Shown in pieces: positions 31,881 to 44,485 of a stretch of DNA of 64,000 bases. A program made the translations under genes and the position numbers. Location: NCBI GenBank assembly GCA_026415215.1, contig JAOAHN010000063.1, forward strand, positions 778 to 64,777, in the 5' to 3' direction. This DNA is from Candidatus Hydrogenedentota bacterium (lineage in GTDB: Bacteria; Hydrogenedentota; Hydrogenedentia; Hydrogenedentales; Hydrogenedentaceae). Position 1 is the stretch's first letter. Every line of letters starts with the position of its first letter. The notes under the pieces were generated by a model, which was given only the letters and a program-made list of their open reading frames with translations, was not told the DNA's origin and made no database searches.

Positions 31881-32023
31881 ATAGTATGAATTTTGGAAAA
31901 TGGATTATAAACTTTGAGAAATTATAACAAATAATAATCCGCCGAGATTGGAATATTATCCCGGCGGACTGGATAAGCCTTTTTTCGAAATTCTACTTTA
32001 ATGCAACACTATGGAGCAACTAC

Positions 32024-34879
32024 TTACCGTGGTAGGCAGAATCCATCAATGTCAGCACTATTGTCTCCACAATCTCTCATATATCCACCGATATTGAAGA
32101 ATTGTATCAGTCTTAGTAACTCTGTAAGTTGGATTTTCCAATCCTGGGGACTGTAATCGCTCAAATGCGGTTTACACATTCTTAGGGACAGATCATCACC
32201 TGGCATATATCCATCCTCTGACTGACTCAAAGCACAGTGATAACCTCCAGCGTTGAAAAATTGAATAACTCTCAAGAGTTCACCAAGCTCAATCTTCCAA
32301 TTTCGATTAGTGTCCGCAGAGTGATATGGGGAATCCTCTCCTTCATCATCACCTTCAATACTCCCTTCTGAGACTCCTTCTATTTCACCTTCAAGTATTA
32401 TCTCTCCTTCTAAACCGCCCTCTGAGAGCCCTTCCGTATCACCTTCTACTTCACCTTCATTTACTCCCTCCTCAATCACACCTTCGGATGAACCTTCTTC
32501 GATCCCTTCAGTAGAACCTTCAATAACACCTTCCTCAACACCATCTACAGAACCTTCTATTTCGCCTTCAGATACTCCTTCAGTAACACCTTCAAAAACT
32601 CCTTCTGAGACACCTTCGGGTATTCCCTCGACAACACCCTCAGACACTCCTTCCATCACACCTTCGGAGATCCCTTCTCCTTCTTCATAGCCCTCTACAA
32701 TACCTTCACTCACACCTTCTTCAACAGATCCTTCCAAAGAACCTTCCGCTGTACCTTCTCCTTCTTGAACCATATACGGTTCAAAGTCATAACAATCCAA
32801 TACACCATTTTGATTCAAATCAACCGCATTTAATTGTTCTTGAGTAATGGAAGAATTTAATCCTTGCAGTTCATAAAGAATCAGAACCTCATCTCCATTA
32901 ATATCAATATCTGTGAACAGGTCATATATAACGCTTACTCTACTGAACTCACTTACACTTAATTGCCCGTCCCCATTAGTATCCACAAGATACCATCCTA
33001 ATAGCACTGTATCACTCCACCCAGTAATAGCCTTCAATTCATCCCTTGAAAGCAGTTTATTTCCATCTGTATCTCCAAACATCAAAAGGATATAATAATA
33101 ATGGACAATATCCGTTATATCACAAGGAGCCTCACCTCCATATACCCAACTATAATCCTCCGGACAAGGTGGGCATCCACCCCCGTCTGATGTCACATTG
33201 ATATCCAATGCAGAAGCCACAAATACATCATAATTCTGTGGAGATGTTACATGTGCTGTGTATTCACCCTTATTACAAACATTGTCAAAATCAGGATCAC
33301 CATCTGAGGCAAGATATTGGCCCGCAGTAGTGTCATATTCGTCGATAGTAAATGTTCCCCAGAAGTAAATGTAATCAATAATCTGAACTATTCTATTTAT
33401 GAAAGCTTTCTCGCCAGTGGTTAAGACACCAGCGATTACCGGAATGAATACCGAACTGGAAATAAACTGACCGATAAAAGGCAAAGAATTCCATTTAGTC
33501 TGGGCAGTTACTCTATTATTCATATAAGAATTCCTGACACAACAGAAAATTGGTAAATCAGGATGTGCAAGAATATAGTCTAACAATCTGGCTTGAGCAA
33601 CATCCGCTATTCCATTTTCGTCAATATCTGCGGTATCAGGATTAAGTCCTAACCAAGAAGCAAGGTTGTATAAGCTTCTTAGCGAGCTCTCAAACTGTGA
33701 ACTCACAGGGGAATTACTACATGTACTCCAACACCATTCAGCATAACAAGATTGGGGGAGCGGACCTATCAGATCCCAACAATCGAGATAGCCATTATCA
33801 TCTATATCTATTTCGTCAAATTTAGCCTGGGTTATCTTGCTACTCAACTGTCTTATCTCCGTCAAAGTTACTTTATTATCCCCGTCTGCATCTAAGTGTT
33901 GAGGTAATAAGCCACCTAAACGATTACTATCAACAAATTCTTGGTAGGACATATAGCCATCTCTATCTTTATCAATCAACCACCACCCCAACTCAAGTAA
34001 AATTCCATTAACGAACGCCTTTAGTTCATTCTTCGAAAGTTTTCCATCTGCATTGGTATCCCCGAAGAGCACAAGCAGAGCGAAGTAATTCTCATTAGAC
34101 CTCATATCACACTGGGGCCCCGGGGTTCCTTCTCCCTCACCAGTGCCCTCACCTTGCCCACAGTCAGGACAGCCCCCGTAATAGTCCCTTACATTAGGAT
34201 TTACTGCAGCGGATACAAAAGCATTAAAATCATCGGGTATCGTTAAAACCCAAGCTCTATACTCACCAATATTACAGACTCTATCAAGGTCAGCATCACC
34301 CTTAGCATTGAGATACACTATGTTTGAACCATCAAGCTCTAAGAGAGAAAGATCTGGCAAGTCAGGAATTATCCATTTTAACGCACTTAGTATCGTATTT
34401 ATGATTTCTTCATTTCCCATCGTTGCTAAAGCGGCAAAAAATGTCTTTAGATTTTCTAAATCAGGAGGCTCCCCAAGATAAGATGGCCAACCCGCATTAA
34501 TAGCCATAGCTAAAGCTTCGACCTTTACCCTATTCGCTACATAAGACCAATATATACAATTCCGAGTAGAAATCGCATTAAGAGGATTCATCTTCATTAT
34601 AGTGTCAAATAATCTTGCTTGAGCAACATCCTTCATTCCGTCAAAGTCAAGATCTAAGTTGTCCGGATTACCACCCAATAGAGGGATCTTCGTATACAGC
34701 TCACGCATCGAGTTTTCAAAACTCTCTGTATAAATTAGCCCAGGTATAATGTTATTACAAGGAGGAATATTACAATAATCTGGTTCTTGGGACTGCGAAT
34801 ATACATAGCCTAAATTAAACAAAATAAAAACTACTAATATATACATCACCCTGGGAGTATATGTAACACTTACTTTCAT
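32024..34879 (-). CDS. Large secreted Ca-binding repeat protein with multiple EF-hand/dockerin-like loops, two copies of a roughly 175-aa module, an acidic EG-repeat tract and a C-terminal twin ELLRVIQFFN module.
   Basis: Signal/TM leader. Canonical 12-residue loops DTNADGKLSKNE, DKDRDGYMSYQE, DADGDNKVTLTE, DTNGDGQLSVSE. An (EG[VIS]xEG)n tract of about 140 aa. C-terminal NWKIELGELLRVIQFFNAGGYHC … DWKIQLTELLRLIQFFNIGGY. Confidence 0.7.
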   Translation of the reverse strand: MKVSVTYTPRVMYILVVFILFNLGYVYSQSQEPDYCNIPPCNNIIPGLIYTESFENSMRELYTKIPLLGGNPDNLDLDFDGMKDVAQARLFDTIMKMNPLNAISTRNCIYWSYVANRVKVEALAMAINAGWPSYLGEPPDLENLKTFFAALATMGNEEIINTILSALKWIIPDLPDLSLLELDGSNIVYLNAKGDADLDRVCNIGEYRAWVLTIPDDFNAFVSAAVNPNVRDYYGGCPDCGQGEGTGEGEGTPGPQCDMRSNENYFALLVLFGDTNADGKLSKNELKAFVNGILLELGWWLIDKDRDGYMSYQEFVDSNRLGGLLPQHLDADGDNKVTLTEIRQLSSKITQAKFDEIDIDDNGYLDCWDLIGPLPQSCYAEWCWSTCSNSPVSSQFESSLRSLYNLASWLGLNPDTADIDENGIADVAQARLLDYILAHPDLPIFCCVRNSYMNNRVTAQTKWNSLPFIGQFISSSVFIPVIAGVLTTGEKAFINRIVQIIDYIYFWGTFTIDEYDTTAGQYLASDGDPDFDNVCNKGEYTAHVTSPQNYDVFVASALDINVTSDGGGCPPCPEDYSWVYGGEAPCDITDIVHYYYILLMFGDTDGNKLLSRDELKAITGWSDTVLLGWYLVDTNGDGQLSVSEFSRVSVIYDLFTDIDINGDEVLILYELQGLNSSITQEQLNAVDLNQNGVLDCYDFEPYMVQEGEGTAEGSLEGSVEEGVSEGIVEGYEEGEGISEGVMEGVSEGVVEGIPEGVSEGVFEGVTEGVSEGEIEGSVDGVEEGVIEGSTEGIEEGSSEGVIEEGVNEGEVEGDTEGLSEGGLEGEIILEGEIEGVSEGSIEGDDEGEDSPYHSADTNRNWKIELGELLRVIQFFNAGGYHCALSQSEDGYMPGDDLSLRMCKPHLSDYSPQDWKIQLTELLRLIQFFNIGGYMRDCGDNSADIDGFCLPR
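32330..32760 (-). repeat. Coding low-complexity tandem repeat (acidic EGVSEG-type tract) inside 32024..34879.
   Basis: Reiterated ccttc/accttc units in the DNA, translating to …EGVSEGIVEGYEEGEGISEGVMEGVSEGVVEGIPEGVSEGVFEGVTEGVSEGEIEG…. Confidence 0.7.
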
Positions 34880-34966
34880 ATTTTATTCTCCTATAATCCT
34901 ACTTAAGTTTTAATCTTAGGTTTAATAGATAAAAGCACTAAATAACACAGCCACTCACATATTCTA

Positions 34967-35440
34967 TCAACATCTGATTGGGAAAACTAACTTATTAGAA
35001 TCTTGTACATGAAAGGTTATATGGAAACCTTCAACATCGCCTTTCTTCTTGCTGATTACCGAGAAGTTAAAACAAGCCCCAAGTAAACTTATATCTCGAA
35101 CTCTGACCAATCTAATTCCACTCGATTGTCTGTCTGTAAGATGCTTATTGTATTCATCTTTAATAATTACCGCCTCATAAACCTTAATATTCTTCCGAGT
35201 AGAATCCCTATTAGCCCCTCTCGCCAACTTCGAATAGAGAGCACATAAGTCCCTTACATCTACCCATCCATCATCATTAACATCATAAATAAAGAAATTT
35301 GCAACTATCTCATATCGAAGGATATGAGAGACCAACCTTTCCCATTCTCCTACTGAGGGTTTAAAACCCACATGAGAATCACAAACTCCATATATTAGCA
35401 AACATACCACCACACTTATTTTCAATAATGACTTAAACAT
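34967..35440 (-). CDS. Small secreted protein with a single dockerin/EF-hand-like repeat.
   Basis: Signal peptide. YDVNDDGWVDVRDLCALYSKL fits a dockerin-type Ca loop plus helix. Confidence 0.4.
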   Translation of the reverse strand: MFKSLLKISVVVCLLIYGVCDSHVGFKPSVGEWERLVSHILRYEIVANFFIYDVNDDGWVDVRDLCALYSKLARGANRDSTRKNIKVYEAVIIKDEYNKHLTDRQSSGIRLVRVRDISLLGACFNFSVISKKKGDVEGFHITFHVQDSNKLVFPIRC

Positions 35441-35522
35441 CTTTATCCTAATTTTGTATAATTATTATAACACAAAATCTCGTAAAAGATATCGTGTACT
35501 CACTGTATTCAGAGTGTTGTTT

Positions 35523-36905
35523 ATGCAACAAAGATTACAACAAATTCCGCAACTAAGGCAAGAGCTAAGGCTATCTCAAACTCAAATCCAGTCATTGGAA
35601 ATTCTTCAGCTTCCCACACCAGAGTTAGAAACCCGATTAAGAGAAGAAACTGAAAAAAATCCTTTTTTAGAAATTGAAGAGAAGAGTAGCCTATCTTATG
35701 ATGACATAACAACCATTGAAGAAAAAGACCCCGAACAATATTACTCCAAAGATTTTAACAGAACACTGCCCTTAGATTTGAGTAAAAATCGTCACTCAGA
35801 ACTACCTGTTAATATTGTTTCAGTGACCCCTTCTCTGAAACAGCATTTAATAAAACAACTTAGATGTACCACTGAAGAACCCAGAATTCTCCAGATAGGC
35901 GAGGCGATAATAGCAAATATAGACAGAAAAGGCTATCTCTCAGAAACTGTGGAGGATTTAGCTCAGTCACTTAATGTAGGCAAAGAGGAGGTAGAAAAGG
36001 TCTTAGAAATTATACAGAGTTTCGAGCCTCCAGGCGTAGGTGCAAGAAATCTTAAAGAATGTCTTCTCATTCAGGCTAAAATTCTTTTTCCTGACAACTT
36101 TCTTTTAATAGAACTATTAGACAATCACTACGACGAGTTTATAAATTCACAAAAAAATAAAATAGCTAAAAACTTAAAGATCACACTGGAAGAAGTAGAA
36201 AACATCTACAAACTTATTAAAGAAAACTTTAATCCTCATCCAGGATACCAGTACCCAGAACCACCTGAGTATATATTCCCAGATCTTATAGTTAAAGAAT
36301 TAGAGGATGGCAAATATACCGTAGAGTTAGTAGATGAATACCTCCCCAAGGTTAAGCTGGTTGAAACTTTATCTCAAGAAGATATAAAAAAACTACCCTC
36401 CGAAGAAAAAGAAAAAGTAAAAGAGTGGAAAGAAACCGCTAAATCACTTATAAGAAGCATAGAATTAAGGAAAGATACCCTATTGAAAGTGGGGGAAGAA
36501 ATTGTAAGGAGCCAAGAAGGTTTTATGAAAAAGGGCCCCTCACACTTAAAGCCTATGACTTACAAAGACATAGCCCAAAAGTTAGGGGTTCACGAATCAA
36601 CAATATCCAGATGCATTGCAGGAAAGTGGATTGCTACACCTCAAGGGATATATGAGCTGAAATTTTTCTTCACGAGAGGACTCGAATCAGCTAAAGAGGG
36701 AGAAACAGTATCCGCTCAGGCGATAAAAAATTTAATATTAGAAATTGTTAACCAGGAAAATAAAGCAAAACCTCTTAGCGACGAAAAAATTGCCGAAATG
36801 ATAGAAAAACAACTCGAAGTAAAAATAGCTCGAAGAACTGTTGCAAAATATAGAGAAGAACTTAAAATTCCCAACTCATCTGATAGAAAAAGAATCCAAA
36901 AATAA
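35523..36905 (+). CDS. rpoN: RNA polymerase sigma-54 factor.
   Basis: Gln/Leu-rich region I (MQQRLQQIPQLRQELRLSQTQIQSLEILQLPTPELE…NPFLE) and a C-terminal RpoN box ARRTVAKYRE. The start is at the ATG at 35523 rather than the tracked 35454. Confidence 0.9.
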   Translation: MQQRLQQIPQLRQELRLSQTQIQSLEILQLPTPELETRLREETEKNPFLEIEEKSSLSYDDITTIEEKDPEQYYSKDFNRTLPLDLSKNRHSELPVNIVSVTPSLKQHLIKQLRCTTEEPRILQIGEAIIANIDRKGYLSETVEDLAQSLNVGKEEVEKVLEIIQSFEPPGVGARNLKECLLIQAKILFPDNFLLIELLDNHYDEFINSQKNKIAKNLKITLEEVENIYKLIKENFNPHPGYQYPEPPEYIFPDLIVKELEDGKYTVELVDEYLPKVKLVETLSQEDIKKLPSEEKEKVKEWKETAKSLIRSIELRKDTLLKVGEEIVRSQEGFMKKGPSHLKPMTYKDIAQKLGVHESTISRCIAGKWIATPQGIYELKFFFTRGLESAKEGETVSAQAIKNLILEIVNQENKAKPLSDEKIAEMIEKQLEVKIARRTVAKYREELKIPNSSDRKRIQK

Positions 36906-36911
36906 AATACC

Positions 36912-40163
<3,252 letters not shown>

Positions 40164-40216
40164 TCAAATGATAAAATCTCTCAAGATACTCTTTATCTCC
40201 CAAAGTTAATCCTTTT

Positions 40217-40795
40217 GTGAAAGGTAGTGTAATGATAATAAAAGAAGTTATCCAAGGAAAACTTCCTGGGATTAAGCTAATAAAAATAGGCAAGTTTGAG
40301 GATACACGAGGCTGTTTTGCTGAATTGTATCATCAAATGGATTTCCATCAGGTAGGTCTATCAGAAAAATTCGTCCAAGACAATTTAAGTTTCTCAAAAA
40401 AGTTGGTGCTAAGAGGAATGCACTATCAACTCGAACCATACGGAATGGGAAAACTAATATCCTGTCTAAGCGGGGAAATATTCGATGTCGTAGTAGACCT
40501 CAGAAAAGGCTCCCCCACTTATGCTCAATGGGAAGGATTCTACTTATCATCTGATGATCTATGCTGGCTTTGGGTTCCAGTTGGTTTTGCCCATGGTTTT
40601 TTAAGCTTATCAGAAAACACCATTATTCTATATAAATGCACACAACTTTATAATCCATCTGCCGATAGAACCCTCTCTTATTGTTGTCCTAAAATTAATA
40701 TAAAATGGCCCGAGGAACCATTAATAATCTCCGAAAAGGATAAAAATGCTCCTTGTCTCGATGAAGCAGAATACAACTTCATATACAGCGAGTAA
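40217..40795 (+). CDS. rmlC: dTDP-4-dehydrorhamnose 3,5-epimerase (cupin fold).
   Basis: FEDTRGCFAELY…LRGMHYQ…KLISCLSGEIFDVVVDLRKGSPTY…WVPVGFAHGF matches the RmlC pattern. Confidence 0.8.
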   Translation: MKGSVMIIKEVIQGKLPGIKLIKIGKFEDTRGCFAELYHQMDFHQVGLSEKFVQDNLSFSKKLVLRGMHYQLEPYGMGKLISCLSGEIFDVVVDLRKGSPTYAQWEGFYLSSDDLCWLWVPVGFAHGFLSLSENTIILYKCTQLYNPSADRTLSYCCPKINIKWPEEPLIISEKDKNAPCLDEAEYNFIYSE

Positions 40796-40835
40796 ATTTA
40801 CAACTATTTATCTCTAACCCATACCGGTTCTAATT

Positions 40836-42275
40836 ATGCTGAACTTAAATAAAACGACAATGGTAGTTAATCTCTCTGTCTTACTGCTCGTTCTTCTCTC
40901 TATATTCTCAGTATTTTTCCCCTATCAGATTCAGTCTTATCTTTTCGACCGAATAAACATCTTTTCTAACTTAAGTAACAACCCCATAAGGATTATTAAA
41001 AGTAACTATCCCAATGAAAAAAACATTTATGATACATTAGCCGAAGCTCTCAAAAAGAATTCAATACCAGTAAGAGAAGTTCCTTGTGAGAAGGATGCCC
41101 TCACATATCATACTTTACTTAAAGACAAGGGAGATTTAACAATTGTGCCCAGCTTCATATCTCTCATGCATATTAACAGAATTTCACCGATTGCACTCAC
41201 AACACCCTCACACTTAATAATATTATCTCCTAAAAGTTATCAAATTTCAGAGTTCGCCCAACTAACAGGGAAAAAAGTTGGTATAAAAGATAAAAACGAG
41301 GTGGGACTTATATTATTTCAGTACCTTACAAAAATATACCTTTTTGACATACCGCCGACATTGATTCAAGAACCAATCAGAGATATAGAAAAGAGTTTTA
41401 GAGATGGAATAGTTGAATGCGTAATTTGGATAGCTGATATTCATTCGCCTGAAGTTCTAAAAGAGATTAAAGAGGGGGATTATAATCTTGTTGAAATATC
41501 ACTGGCAGATACGCTAACTAAAATGCTCCCAGGTTTACATATCCAATCTATAAATTTAAGCCAGATTGGACAAAACAAAACACTTACTCTGGAAATAGAT
41601 AATGTATTAGCAGTGAGTAAAAAAGTTTCTAATCATACAATTCGGAGGGTAATAAACACCATAAGCAAACCTGAAATATATGCCAAGATAAACTCCAGTA
41701 AGCCATTCCCTTCACTACCACCTTACCTACCAATTCACCCAGAAATAGAAAATTTCTTAAAAAGTGGAAAGCAAATTTCTTCATTACAACTAAGAACACT
41801 TATCATTTCTTTCATCTTTATTATCGTTCTATCTAATTCCATAAGGTACTTAGTAAAACAGTGGAAAAGTAGAAAGGATAAAAAATCCAATGAAGAATTA
41901 GAAAAAACGCTTCAAGATTTAAAAAAGATAGATGCTAACCTTACCATAAATACCCCTTATGAGGAGCAACTAAACTATATAAAAATAATAAAATCTCAAC
42001 TTAGTTGGGGTATACAAAATTACAACCACAACAAAATTAGTGCTTACCAACTAATAATTCTTCTTCATAGAATCCTACAGACAACATTGACCTTTACCGA
42101 GAAAACTATTGAATCTAACTTGAAAAAAACTTATCTTGAAAAAATAGAAAGCAAAGCAACCCAACTCCCAACCTCCACTAACACAAAGGGTAAATCTGAA
42201 CTTATACAAGAAAACTCATCAGAAAATATCCAGCCACTTTTGTTCGAGGTAGAAGACATAAAAGAAAAAAAATAG
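40836..42275 (+). CDS. Hypothetical bitopic membrane protein with a roughly 300-aa extracytoplasmic domain between two TM helices and a cytoplasmic coiled-coil tail.
   Basis: TM at aa 9-28 and about aa 315-333. A Lys/Glu-rich C-terminus. No recognisable output domain. Confidence 0.4.
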   Translation: MLNLNKTTMVVNLSVLLLVLLSIFSVFFPYQIQSYLFDRINIFSNLSNNPIRIIKSNYPNEKNIYDTLAEALKKNSIPVREVPCEKDALTYHTLLKDKGDLTIVPSFISLMHINRISPIALTTPSHLIILSPKSYQISEFAQLTGKKVGIKDKNEVGLILFQYLTKIYLFDIPPTLIQEPIRDIEKSFRDGIVECVIWIADIHSPEVLKEIKEGDYNLVEISLADTLTKMLPGLHIQSINLSQIGQNKTLTLEIDNVLAVSKKVSNHTIRRVINTISKPEIYAKINSSKPFPSLPPYLPIHPEIENFLKSGKQISSLQLRTLIISFIFIIVLSNSIRYLVKQWKSRKDKKSNEELEKTLQDLKKIDANLTINTPYEEQLNYIKIIKSQLSWGIQNYNHNKISAYQLIILLHRILQTTLTFTEKTIESNLKKTYLEKIESKATQLPTSTNTKGKSELIQENSSENIQPLLFEVEDIKEKK

Positions 42276-42309
42276 ATATTCCAAATTAGGAAAAAGGAGT
42301 AAGTGCCTT

Positions 42310-43260
42310 ATGAAACATCAGTATATTGCGGACCTACACGAAGGAGACCAAATTAACGAGTATTTCCTTCTGATTAAGAAAGATCTAAAAGATAATCCTT
42401 CAGGAGAGAAATTCTTAATCTTCACAGTGCAGGATAAAACTGGAGAAATGGGCGGTATTCTCAAAGATAATCCAGTCGACATATCTCAAAAAATTTCTGT
42501 TGGAGATGTAGTAGTAATAAAAGGCACTGTGAAACTATTTAGGGAACAACTACAAATTCACGCAACAAACATAACTACTATCAGCTGTGAACATTACTCC
42601 ATGGATGATTTAGTTTTACCTCAAGAACCAATAGAAAAATTTCAAAGAGAATTTTGGGATATATTAGAGTCCATTTCTAACAAATGGCTTAAGAAACTCA
42701 TCGAAAAAATTAAGGCAGACTCTGAAATAATCCAAAGGTTCTTGAGAGCTCCAGCAGCAAAAAAATTGCACCACAACCTTAGAGGTGGTTTACTCAAACA
42801 TTGCTATGAAATGATGAAGATTTCAGAAACCATATGCGAGCTATACCCTAATATCAACAGAGATTTACTGATTTCGCTCTGTTTCTTTCATGACCTCGGA
42901 AAAATCGAAGAATTGTCTGTCAACCAGGCATTTACAGATTACACTCATTCAGGCAAGCTTATAGGCCATTTAGTTCAGGGTGTACTTCTAATAGAAAAAA
43001 AGATTAACGAGATAGAAGGCTTTCCCGAAGATTTGAAACTACAAATAATACATGGCATATTATCCCATCACGGAGATCCAGAAAAAGGTTCTCCAGTTGT
43101 TCCCAAAACTTTAGAGGCAATAGTTCTACATCATATCGACTTTCTTGATTCCCAAACTAACGCTCTAAGTAAAATAGAAAAAGATACCTTAGCCCGAGGA
43201 GAAAAATGGAGCGAATATTTGCCCCTTTTAGGAAGGCAAATATGGACAAAAAAAATCTAA
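42310..43260 (+). CDS. OB-fold plus HD-domain phosphohydrolase (YhaM-like 3'-5' exoribonuclease family).
   Basis: N-terminal OB-fold-like region, then HD motifs (…FFHDLGK…, HHGDPEKGSPVVPKTLEAIVLHHIDFLDS). Confidence 0.65.
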   Translation: MKHQYIADLHEGDQINEYFLLIKKDLKDNPSGEKFLIFTVQDKTGEMGGILKDNPVDISQKISVGDVVVIKGTVKLFREQLQIHATNITTISCEHYSMDDLVLPQEPIEKFQREFWDILESISNKWLKKLIEKIKADSEIIQRFLRAPAAKKLHHNLRGGLLKHCYEMMKISETICELYPNINRDLLISLCFFHDLGKIEELSVNQAFTDYTHSGKLIGHLVQGVLLIEKKINEIEGFPEDLKLQIIHGILSHHGDPEKGSPVVPKTLEAIVLHHIDFLDSQTNALSKIEKDTLARGEKWSEYLPLLGRQIWTKKI

Positions 43261-44485
43261 TATGAGCGCTCAAATTATTAGATTATAAAAGTATTTTAGC
43301 TGAGTCGTTAAAAATTTCTACATACTTCTAATCAATATTCTATGTTTTTTCATAAAATAAATCATATAGCACAGTAAATCTTACCAATATAAATAGTCAA
43401 CTCACCTATGTGTTCAGAATTACTATGTTACCATACATACTTCTACAGTAATATAAATATATAAAGAGTTTATATCAGGTTTATTAAGTATGAATAAAGA
43501 AAGAAAGTGATAGATCAGGAATTAAGTATCATCCTAAGGAAAAGACCACTGTCCAGGAACGGAAGATAACCCATGAGTCGAGATAGTATATATTAAGTTT
43601 AGCCCAACAGTTAAAACTAAACAGAAGAACGGTATTGAAATGGAACGATAGGAGTTGAGGGGTACATCTTCTCTCAACATCGGTTCCAGACTGTCCTCAA
43701 TCCAATAGGAAAGTGAGTTGTATGTAAGGTGAGTAGAGCTATCCGCCTAAATTTTCGGGATATTGTGGATATCTTAAATTTATCTAACTCGCAGTTAAAC
43801 CATAGCAATGCGTCACGATATCTCCATCAATATGAAGTTCCCAAAAAAGAGCGAAAAAAAGCGGAGGGATAAAAGAGAACTCTGATAGCAAGGGGATTTG
43901 AGCCTACATTCCCGGTGTTTATTCATATTAATGTAAAGAAATACCGAAATTGCCAGGAGACCTTCAGAAGAAGATATACTTGGGGCTCCAGAATGTGCAA
44001 TCTGGTAGGTTTATGTGTCTCCGATAGATGGACAGAATGCTTATATTCCCAGGAGTTTCGGCAGGAAATGATAGAACTCTTCTTACATTCGTCCACATTA
44101 TTCTTACTGACAATTAGGAATGAATTTACTGATAAATATTATCAGAAGCGAGAGAACCCCTCGCGGATGAGCGTGCGTTTGTCAAAGTGTATGTGAGGGG
44201 AGGAATAGAAGATAAGTTAACCTGTCTATACATGCCGAGTAAGAAAAAATTAGCAGAGCAGTTAAAAGTAGAACTGTGGAAATACTCAAGAAATATCATT
44301 TTATAAACTATATAAGATGATAAAGGTATCAGAAAGGTGAGTGTTAAATAACCGAGACTATTCAGAGTAAGTGTTTAAGTAATATTGGGGTCTGTGCCTC
44401 CTTAATCCATCTACTAACAACGCAAATAACTATAATCTGTTAAATCCTTACATATATTAGCCCTGATTAGCCAAATCATGTATTC

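Noticed and set aside
32330-32760. Highly repetitive DNA that could superficially look like a CRISPR array or satellite.
   Set aside because: The units are short (6-18 nt), imperfect and contiguous, with no spacers. They lie in-frame inside a long ORF and encode an acidic EGxxEG tract. This is a coding low-complexity repeat, not CRISPR.
35454-35522. Upstream extension of rpoN (MYNYYNTKSRKRYRVL…).
   Set aside because: Sigma-54 proteins begin with the Gln/Leu-rich MQQRLQQ… region. The ATG at 35523 is the conserved start and the extension is not homologous.
43915-44196. 93-aa ORF in the 1.2-kb intergenic gap.
   Set aside because: No RBS, random-looking composition (Cys/Arg/Trp-rich) and no recognisable motif. 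Treated as a chance ORF.
44149-44240. GAGCGTGCG and surrounding hairpins as a possible group II intron boundary or domain V.
   Set aside because: No convincing domain V consensus (catalytic AGC triad stem with GNRA loop), no RT/maturase ORF and no GUGYG…AY boundaries in a sensible arrangement.
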